Shown: in pieces, positions 54,630 through 64,000 of the stretch | Layout: every line of letters starts with the position of its first letter | Position numbering within the stretch: the first letter of the stretch is position 1 | Assembly (NCBI RefSeq): GCF_038025025.1 | Contig: NW_027117338.1 | Span: forward strand, 682,001-746,000 | DNA length: 64,000 bases | Direction: 5' to 3' | From: Phyllosticta citribraziliensis | Lineage: Eukaryota | The notes under the pieces: model-generated | What the model saw: only the letters and a program-made list of their open reading frames with translations | Told to the model about the DNA's origin: nothing | Database searches by the model: none | Program-made: the position numbers and the translations under genes

Positions 54630-55257
54630 GGCGAATAAGTTCTGAGGGTATCGGAGGATAGCGAGCAGGATAACGAGGTGTCACGGAAGGTTGAGTCGGT
54701 GGTGGAAGAGTCCAGGTCGATAGATGAGATGGAGGGCCGGAATTCTGCCGCCTGACGGACCCTGGCAAGTGATGACGATTTTACTTGCACCGCAGCAAAG
54801 GGAGACAACCGACAGCGACAAGCCACAATCCAACGCATGTGACGCGCATTGTGGCTCAGGTCGTCGAATCTTGCACGACATCCAGCGAAAATGCAGTGTC
54901 AGGTCAAAGTTCCTTTAGAACCCTACTGTTGGGATATTCCAGCTATGTAGCTACAACCCAGCGCTGCCCCCGCAAATCCTTGATGTGTTTTGCAAACGCC
55001 ATGCTTCAATAAAACCTGCCGTGAAAATCATGCCTCCCCAGACTATCTCGGGACATCAGGAAGGGCCACCTGTTTCACCTTCCGTTGACTGATGTCCTCA
55101 TCCGCATGTCATGCAAAGTAACCGTCTATCGGGCCTGAAACCCAACTTTTGATATCCCCGTTGAGCTGGGCTGTCGCCATATAATGGACAGCATGTAAGC
55201 CTGCTCATGTGGAAACTGAACTCCCAGAAGTCGTAAAAAAGAGAAGGCGCTCGAAAC

Positions 55258-56173
55258 TTAGACGGTGAACTTGGCCTTGGCCCTGGTGCTGCCAGAGTGG
55301 GCGCTGTCCGTGTGGCCAGAGAATTCGACCTGATCCGCTTCTTTCAAGCCGAGGGCCTCCTTGAAGCGCTGACCAATCTTCAACAAGACCTCCTTGCCCT
55401 GCTCAAAGGTCCTACCCTTTCCACCGGCGTTGTTGCCATCACCGCCACCAGGGAACGGCTTGCCAACAGTGCGAGTCCATAGGCCGATACGGTAGAAGCC
55501 CTTGCGGACGTTGACGACGACTCCCATGACCTCGCCGTCGCCGTCGTCCTCCAAGGTCTCGCCAATGGCGGCGAGCATGACATGCAGCCAGAGGGCGTCA
55601 ATGTCGATGAGCTTCTTGTCGCGGAAAGAGAAAGACCACTTTCCACCGTGCTTGTTCTGAGGGTCTTCCCACTCGGGTCGGACGCCCTTCTTGAAGAGGT
55701 GGTAGTCGGACTTGAGGGCAAGCTGTGACGTCGGGGTGATGTTGTTCTGGAAGGGATTTTGTTAGTAGCGACCCTCGAAATGCGGCGACGGTGGAGCGCG
55801 TACGTAGATGCCCCAGAACTCCTCGACGGAATCGAACGAAATGACCTCCTTCAGCAACTCATTCCAGTTGTCTCCCTGCAAATCATCAGCAGCTGCCCAC
55901 GGATGCGCTTTTGCGATTTGCGCTCACTTTTCCGCTCGGTGGCTTGGTGAACCACAAGGTCCAGGCATTCATCAAAGGATGCTTGACATTGAAGTTGTTG
56001 GGGTCGTGGAAGACGGTGACAGTCTCATCGCCATGAGCGGTCTGGCCATTGGTGCCTTCTTCCTTTGTTCCGTTCTCCATTGCTCCTTCGGGTGAGATTG
56101 GGATGGTGTCGAGAGGAACGGGCTCTTGTGGGTTCGGGGCTGTAGCCGCGGCAGAGTCAACAGTCGCAGCCAT
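55258..56173 (-). CDS. eIF4E: Translation initiation factor eIF4E, 3 exons
   Basis: KHPLMNAWTLWF, DNWNE, SVEEFWGIYNNI, DYHLFKKGVRPEWED, GGKWS, LAAIGE and RIGLWT. Confidence 0.97.
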
Positions 56174-57115
56174 GACGGATGTAGCGTGGGGGTTTCGTTC
56201 TTTCGGTTCGGGTCAGGTTTCACGCGGCGCGACCGTAGTGCGTGGGAGCAGGCACCTAGGCTTGGTTCAGCGGTGCTTCAAGGACAAGCCAGACCAGACC
56301 AGCAATGATGCTAGCGGCCAGGGCTGCAGGATTCGAGAACGCTCACGGGTATGGCTGCGGGTGAGGGTTGAGCGAGAGCAATAGGGTCGTGGTGGTCGAG
56401 GTAGATGTTTAGTCCAGGAACAGGAGAGGCTGAGACGGGGACGTTGTCTTGGATATTAGGTTGGGACAGGATGATGCGCGGCCGTGCTTGCTCTGGTTGT
56501 GCACGAAAAGTCAGCCACGGTCGGCAGTCGCGAAAGTCGGTCCTGTCCCAGTCGCGACAAAGATGCGGCCTTGGCATCCGTCGCCGCACACCGCCTTGGT
56601 TCCGATGCAGCTGCTTGTTTGAGGTCTTCACGTGGCTGGTGTTGTACATGGTAGGAAACGCCATGTCTTCATTAAACTAAGGCAATACCAAAAAAAGCTA
56701 CATCATCATGTGTACCGCACCAGCTGATATGCACTCCCAAACGGTTGACGGAGCCCATCATCAGCAGTTCCCGGTGTCGGGTAATGTATTTTGTTTTCAG
56801 CACTTCTCGGCACAATCAGAGCTATTGAGTAGCTGGATTGTAATTTGACATCCGTGCTATGAGGTCCATCAAGCCCTGCTCCACGTGCAACAGTCTCGCT
56901 CGAATCGCACACTTTTACATTAGTATATCTACCTGGCTGGCCAATGTCTGCCTTTGCATTGCTTCGCCATGGGCGTTTGAGAAAGAAAAAAGGCTGCCAA
57001 CCAAAGCGAGCCTGCAGTCCACCGTCACCGCGCCGGATGAGTCGCTGGATATGTTCGGAAGGCCTAGGGATATCAAGTGCATGAGCCGTCCAGTCATCAT
57101 ATGTACTCTGTGTCA

Positions 57116-58737
57116 TTAGAGCTCTTGATGGTCGTAATCAGCGACGGCTTGCGAGGCCGAGGCAGAGCCAGGCGCAGGTGCTTTGAAAATGCCCTGCTTC
57201 AGATTTTGGAAGGCAATGTCGAATCGTGCGCCGGCAAGCCAAGCGACCAGGACCTGTCGTCGTGTTAGGTGGTGTCGAGGTGTTGCGAGGACGAGGAAAA
57301 TTTTAAAACCCACCATTATGCCCGTGACAAGGGTCAGCGTGCAGAATACGGCAATTGCCATGTAGATCACGTCCCATTTCGCTTCTTCCCTCTCCGCCTT
57401 TTGCTTCGCTTCTTCTTCGGGGCTCAACATGGGCTTCATCTTCTTATTCGTTGCCGTTTGCGTCGGGAAGACTGTCTCGACAAATTGCTCAATCTATGCC
57501 AAGTGGTCAGCTGGTGGCCCAAGATGCTGCCGGTGCAGTCCATGGACTCACTTTTCCGCAAGCAATGCTGATCTCGAGAAAGTTGGGGTCCTTGGGGTCA
57601 TTCTTCTTGAGGATGGAGCGCGAGAACCGCTTGAATACGTCGCAGACGAGCTGGAGGTTCTGAGTCGATTCAACCATCAAGCGACATGCCTGTCCCTTGG
57701 TGATTTTGATATTTCTCTCAAATACTTGGTGGTTGCGGAAGCACAGGTCGAGCGTCGCAATCGCCATGGACTGCGGGATGGCGGCAAAGTTGAACACACT
57801 TTGGTCCCTCAAACCAGCCAAGTAATAGAGGCAGTCGGGAGCTTTGCGAAGTGCGTTCAAGACCATTTCGGAGTTGCAGTTGAGAGCGGCCTCCTTGTTC
57901 TCGGGCTTGAACAGATCTTCGAACTTTTCGACGTGCTTAGACCAGATTTCTTTGGGCCAAAATCTCCGCTTGTCGTCAAGGTCCTCTTTGATGTCTCTGA
58001 TAATGTTGACTTGTTGCAAGAACTGGCCCATGGACTCATGAAGATCGTGGCGGACCAATAGCTGCTGGTTCGCCAGACCGGCCTCAACAAACAGCTTGGT
58101 GAGACCTTCGCCGACGAGACCAGCAACATAGTGGCAGTATAGCTCGTAGTCCTTGACAGTGTTGACACCATTGATGTTGTGTTCAGCATTGTTCGCATAG
58201 TCGGCCATGCCATTGCCCATCTTTTTGGTAATGTCCTTGATTATGGAGCGGTACGCCGGCTTGATCTTCTTGAACTCCTCAATCACAACATTGAACTCTG
58301 TAAGCAGCTCCCTGTCTTTCTCGTCGGGTCCATTGTCGTTGAAAGTCCAGCCGTCCCTTTCCAGAATGTTGTCAAAGTCGCGAAGGAGAGGCTCCTTTGT
58401 CGGCAGATCAATGGTCATGTCATCTTCAATGGTGTCGAGGCCACGGAGTACGAGGTAGAAGAGGCACACGGGTACCAGGAGCTCTGGGTGGAGCTCCTTG
58501 ATGACTGCTGCAAAGCTACGGCTCGTCTTGTCGAGGAAGTAGAAGCACCTGCGAAGCGACGGGCACTCTTTGGTTTCATCGCGCTCATGGACAGGGTTGT
58601 GCCAAATCTTCCTACACCCTGGATCAGTTTGCAAAACGGTCGTAAGTGGGCAAAGGAGATTCCGCGCACCATTGGATTATGGCCCGCAGTTCCTGCGTAT
58701 GGAGCAGGTAGTACGCAACGTCCGAGAGCTTGGGCAT
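57116..58737 (-). CDS. ERG9: Squalene synthase (farnesyl-diphosphate farnesyltransferase), 4 exons
   Basis: [52 protein letters not shown] and [13 protein letters not shown]. The C-terminal membrane anchor and terminal HQEL correspond to the track's separate ORF 57116-57439. Confidence 0.97.
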
Positions 58738-59312
58738 TTTGGATGATGATGGTGCGGTCGAGGTCGAGAACACAGGTTGGTCGCGCGGTCTGAGCAGGTA
58801 GATTGACGGTTGCGCAGTCCAAACATGCGACAGGTTACAGACGGCGGACTGAAGAGCGCACAAGGTGAGGCTTGCGTAGGGCAAAGAGGTCAAGACAGCC
58901 AGCCGCTTGCCTGAGGGGACAGCACCGTTGGTGATCTAAGCGGCGTCGGATCATGGGCCATCCTGTTCACCGCCAGCGCCAGCCGCCAAGGGGTCCCCCC
59001 AGCCGGCAGGAAGGAGCGGGAAAAGTCTGGATAAATCAATACTCCGATCCGATTGGCAACGGACCGGACCTGAATTCCGTCGGATTTCAGCTGTGCCTCC
59101 AACACCTTTGATCCACCAACCAATGCGACTCCTCCCAGTGCCAAAACAAACCGCTCTCGCTGAAAGACGCGCCGAAGGAGAGTCATCCCGCTGACCAAGA
59201 ACTCGCTCGCATCTCACTCTCGTACAAAATGTCCAAATACAAATGTCCATACTCAAAACGGTGCAATTCAAACACCGTGGGGCCTCCCTAGCTGGACAAT
59301 GTTCATCGAATG

Positions 59313-62250
59313 TTACGTCAATCTCGACAAAAACGAATAGCTCGACCCCGTCGTGGAAAGAGACGAATTACGCCCATGGCGGATGGAACCGCGGTCTCCG
59401 TCACTAGATGACTGCTCCGACGTACGGCGGTTTGCTGCCCCAAGCAAGGCTGTTGCTGCAGGACGTTTCTCCTTCACATGCCTTTTGACGACTCCTCTGA
59501 CTTCCTGGCTGCTCCTGTCTGCAACCTTTTTTGCGTCTCGCCCAAGATTGTCCTTGGTACCAGCATCTGCTCCTCTTTGCAACAGGATCTCGACGTTTGC
59601 TTGCAGTCTCTTCTCAATGGCGACGTGAAGAGGGGTCCGCCCAGCACAATCCTTTGCTTCAAGGTCGCCGCGAAGATTCAAAAGGATGCCTATGATCCCT
59701 GTGTCGCCTGCTTTGCCGGCCGCAATATGGAGCACCGTTTCGCTGGCCTTGTTTCCCATATTGACTATGCCATCTTTGCTGGACAGGATCGATATCACAT
59801 CCTGGTTGCAATTCTTGTTTACTGCTCGATGCAAAGCAGTGTTGCCGGCCCGGTCAACGGCGTCGACAGGGGCATGTACCGTGACCAAGAGGTCAACCAC
59901 CTCTGCGTGTCCTTCTTCGGCAGCGTACATGAGCGGAGTCGCTCCTGTCGACGTTCTTGCATCAATGTCCGCCTCCTTCTCCAAAAGCGACCGCACTACC
60001 GATGGAGAGCCGCTGCGGGCAGCAATCAAGAGAGGGGTGTAGCTGCAATCTCCGAGTCTTGCGTCCGGAGACCAGGTCCTCGGGCCCCGGGTTTCGGTAT
60101 TGGCGTCGTTTTCAAGAAGCAGCTTCACTAGCCCTGGATGTCTGCGATCCGCCGCCCTTTGTAAAGGCGTCCATCCCCAAGTTGGTGCATCCACGTGGGC
60201 CTTCTTGTTCAGCAGAATCGCTGCAATGGACTCGTTACTGCACTCCACAGCATGCATCAGAGGAGTCATCCCCTGAGAGCACCTAATCTCTGGGTCTGCC
60301 CCACGCAGTAAAAGAATCTGGACGAGGTCTTCGTTGGATGTTTGCACAGCCCGAATCAGCGGAGTGGCGCCATCAGGCAGGCGTGAATCTTTGCCGATGC
60401 GGTCCGCAAGCAAGTAAGCGATTTCCGATCGTTTGTACGTGACTGCTTTGTCAAAGGCCTCGATGGCGAGGCTTCTCTGGATTTTCTTGTCCAACACAGT
60501 GTGGAGCACGGCTGGTACAGCGCGATCGTCATTCTCGACAATAACATGCTCCAGCGCGCTTTGGGGCGAGAACTCTGGCGATTGAGGATCGAAACCTGCG
60601 GAAATCAAGGACTCTATGCCGCTGCTGTGGCTGCTACGTCGACTCGACGCGGTGGCTTCGCTTGGTTTACGTGCCAATCCAGCTTCGGCGTTGTCTCCAA
60701 GATACATGTCTCGGAAGCTACCGGCCATTATGTGCTCGCCCTGCTGCTGGAAGATCTGTACGAGCAGCCGGATGGACTCGAACAAGATTGGATCCTCTTT
60801 CTCGAGCAAATCGACTTGCCCAATGAATGATCTCTTCGCATAACGGACGGCATGCTTCAGATCTTGCTGTAGCAAGTAAATTTTGGAAAGCCAGTAGTAC
60901 CACCTGCATTCGTCAAGTCGTCGTTGGATATTTTCCTGCGTCTTTTCGCCTTCGTTCGGAGATCCAGGGAGTCTTCGTTGGCTGTCTCGATCAGACTTTC
61001 CTCTCTCGTCCGAACGAGCCGCAATGAGCCCTTTATAAATGTCTTTTGCATCGTCCAGCTTCCCCTGTTTGTAGTACACTTCTCCCAGCTGCTCTCTTAC
61101 TTTGATCCTATCAAATGTAATGCCGTGCTTCCTCTCCCCTTCCTCGAGATGCTCAATCATCTTCATCAAAGAGTTTTCCGCTCTGTTGAAGTTCCCCGCC
61201 TGCAACTCATCCCGGGCCGCTAATCGGAATCTCTCTACAAGTCGGGCATTTACGTTCGCAGGGAAGTGGTCCTCGTAGTCGGGGTCGGGGTCGGAATCAG
61301 AGTCCGGGCTATCCGGAGTCAAACTGAGCTCTTGCTGGAAGTTGCGTAGCTTTTCTTCCAACGGCATTCCATCCAGTTCCCACGGGTCAGTCCTCCAGGC
61401 TCGTGTCGAATTCTTTCTCTCGTGCACCGACCTACTGTCGGACCTAATGGACGAAGCCAGCTTCACGCTGGCACATGCGCTTGCGCTAATACTCGCGATT
61501 TCGCTGGCGGCTTCGGCAGATTCCATGAACTTCTCAAAGTCCGCCACTGCTCTTTCCTCTTCTTGGATGTCCGTCTGGCTCAAATCGACGTCTTGGATCT
61601 CGAATTGGCTGGTCGGTTCTTTGGAACACAAAGAATTTTTGACGTCTTGAATGCGAGCCTTCAGCTCTTCAAGCTCAAACCTTATGGTGCCATGATTCTG
61701 CGCTGCCGTCATTCTACAGATTTGGTCAGCAATTCTGACCAAATAATCCTGTCTGTCGATCGTTCACATCTCGCAAAGGCCGGGACGACTGCCTCGTTAT
61801 ACTCGACAAGGTTTTGTGGAAAACTCACAAATTTACCAGCTGCAGCAACACTTGCAACGCATGCGTGTGAGACTTGACATGTCTTCTCAAATTCGCAACA
61901 GTGTGCGACTTCATGTTGAGCCGAAGCTGCGTTATTGGCATCCTCCCGAGGCCTTGCCGAGCTGAAATGTTCGCAAGAACAGAGTTGAGTTTCTTCAAAG
62001 TCTTATCGCAACGGCTTAGCAGGGTTTTGATATTTTTCCAGTACTCGTCGAGCTCGTCCATGGACTGAGTGCGCATAGTTGAATGGACTAGCTGGGAGAC
62101 ATCACGGAGCATCCGGATTTCGATCAGCATGCTTTCGATGGTCGTGTCAACATGCTTTGAATCGTCGACGAAGCGCCCCAAAGTGTTGATTAGAGTGCCG
62201 CATAGCGAGGCTATCTGGGCCGTGCTAGCGAGGACTGATAGTGGATCCAT
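59313..62250 (-). CDS. HeLo-like (fungal STAND N-terminal) domain + TPR-like helices + ankyrin-repeat protein, 940 aa, 2 exons
   Basis: Exon 1 MDPLSVLASTAQIASLC...CDKTLKKL...LRRHVKSHTHALQVLLQLVNL fits the Helo_like_N pattern. Intron 61714-61828 keeps the frame. TPR-like LGEVYYKQGKLDDAKDIY and LSKIYLLQQDLKHAVRYAKRS. At least 8 ankyrin repeats (GATPLIRA, GMTPLMHA, GWTPLQRA, YTPLLIAA, GATPLMYAA, GNTALHRA, ETVLHIAA, GRTPLHVA). Confidence 0.88.
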
Positions 62251-63936
62251 ATCGCAAAGATGATGCGAGGCAATCAACGGGACGCTCGGTCCCCCCAAAA
62301 GTCTGGGGAAAGATGGTCTGGAGAATGCGGAGAGAGGTGCGGAGGGCCCTCATGGCACCAGGAACAGCTGAGCCTCCACGTCTGTATGCAGCAACGGCAA
62401 TGCTAACGTGGACCTGCGCCGCTGATGGCAAAAGGAATAGAAAGGGCTTACCGGAGCTAGAGTCACCGAAATACACCGCTGTCGTTTAGGCGACAGCTGC
62501 CTGATATGCGCCTTCGACTCTCCTGGCCAATGATGCACAGCGATGCGTTTCGCACGCGCATCCGTCACTCCAGCTCTGGAAGCGAGTCCGTGTCACGAGA
62601 TGCCCTAACTCGAGTAACGGCGCCTGGCACTTTGATGCCAACGCATTCCTCACCGGGGCCCCGAAAAACCAGCTCGCGTGCCACGCCCATCGCAGGAATT
62701 CGCAACAGCAATAAAACGGCTTCCATGCTCAAAAGGCTCTGGCTACTGGTCACGCCGGCGGGACTGCCATTATTGTGGAGGCGCAGACCCATTTTTGGAC
62801 CGCGGGGAACAGCCAGTTGCTGCTGTCAGCGGTGGGTCGACGCCTTTGGGAAAGACTTATAGGGCAACTTTCTCCAATGCAGACGCCATGCACGACGTCC
62901 CCTCGCCACAAACAAGTCTCATGCCCCCAGAACAGCCGTTGGCCCCTACATGAAGAAATTTGGCGCAACATCGTAGCGCAAGCTGGGAAAGAGGACACAT
63001 GTCCCGAAGTCTCGCACTTCAGAAGCCCATCAGGAGAGGTTGCGAACGAAAGTCGGCCGGCTGCTTGGAGCAAAGACGTTCTACCGGAATCCTTCGAGCG
63101 CTTGGCCCGACGCGCGCCCCTCCGCATTCTACCCCAGGCGTACCAGGGTGGCAGGCTCCCACAGACGAGCATGCAGCCACCCTCAGCTGTCCTTGGCGAG
63201 GCTGAAAGTGTGGAGGGCCATAGGGAAGAGTTGCCCGACTCTCCATGTCAGCGGTCCTCCCATTCTTCAATGCACACTCCCATCCATTCGCCGACTTCTT
63301 TCCTTGTCCGCTCCGCCTCTCTTTCGGCATTGGCGCCCTTCGACCCTCCATGAAAGTCCTCGCTGCTGCGTGCGCAGTCGAACAATGAGTCCGCCATTCG
63401 AGCTTCAAGGATGGCCTTCGGTGAGTCTTTTTGACGCTAGCGTCACCACTGCCGCTGCTGTACGTACCGGCTTATGCAAATACCAGCAGCCTGGGAACGG
63501 GGCCGTGCACCAGAGTCGATTCGACGATCCCGGGGCAGACATCCAAGTCTAGTGAGTCTGGTCAACTAGTATCAACCAAGCCCGGTCCCTGCCATTTGTG
63601 GTTCCTTACAGGACTTATACTTTCGACTTGCATTTTGAATAGTTGGAAGATTGATCCACTTGCTCTGATTGGTCGTTTTGCGTCTTATTCTTTCCACGCA
63701 ACTAGGAAATATACGCTCACTGTTTTGATTTTCCTCGGAGAATTTCTCGTCATCATGTATAAGCTCACTCCTTGAAGTATTGTCAGATTAGTTGAATGAG
63801 TCGTTGGTCTCCTTGTGTCTACAAGGCGTTTCACGAGCGGAGACTGTCACCTCGAGCCGCACCTGAATCCCGATCCTTCCCCACACTACACTCGGACATA
63901 TCTGATCTATGTCCATCCCAACATTTTACTGACCAG

Positions 63937-64000
63937 ACTCCACGTACGGCAGCATTGACAATCCGCTCGACGGCCGAACACCCGAAGAACTCGAAGAAGA
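63937..64000 (+). CDS. Possible exon fragment of a gene continuing beyond the window (resembles the N-terminal region of fungal MFS sugar/polyol transporters)
   Basis: A TACTGAC branch site and CAG acceptors precede IDNPLDGRTPEELEE, which recalls the NPLxGxxxxxLxxDV segment of those transporters. Too short to confirm. Confidence 0.3.

Noticed and set aside
57116..57439. Apparent separate 107-aa membrane protein
   Set aside because: It is the last two exons of ERG9.
58740..59310. Sterol-regulatory (SREBP/Upc2/AtrR) sites in the ERG9 promoter
   Set aside because: Only partial matches (e.g. TCGTACA, CGG/CCG pairs with the wrong spacing).
62775..63552. 192-aa and 170-aa + strand ORFs
   Set aside because: Ser/Pro/Arg-rich, with no motif or evident codon bias; probably non-coding.
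59313..64000. Amyloid signalling motif or partner NLR for the HeLo-like protein
   Set aside because: No G/N/Q-rich HET-s-, sigma- or PP-like motif and no NACHT/NB-ARC gene in the window; a partner outside it cannot be excluded.

Overview
Eukaryotic, intron-containing DNA from a filamentous ascomycete (Pezizomycotina; species cannot be identified from this window). The ORF track fragments most genes, so I rebuilt gene models by hand from GT(GC)-AG introns with CTRAY branch sites. There are about 23 protein-coding genes plus a possible fragment at the right edge. Housekeeping genes: VPH1, MER3/HFM1, a UDP-sugar transporter, peroxisomal thiolase, VCX1, PRS, RPS6, DIC1, mitochondrial PheRS, a DJP1/CAJ1-type J protein, eIF4E and ERG9. 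Accessory-looking genes: GH76, two sugar porters, a P450, an NmrA-like reductase, an Old Yellow Enzyme, a short free-standing AlaX editing protein, an arylsulfatase with unusual insertions, an orphan small secreted Cys-containing protein with a possible degenerate RNase-T1-like pattern, and a HeLo-like + TPR + ankyrin protein with no nucleotide-binding domain. I found no tRNA, rRNA, transposon or CRISPR. The best novelty candidates are the NOD-less NLR-like gene, the secreted orphan, the OYE/AlaX/sulfatase block and a cluster of Crz1-type sites upstream of VCX1. Family assignments come from motifs I recognised, not from database searches.
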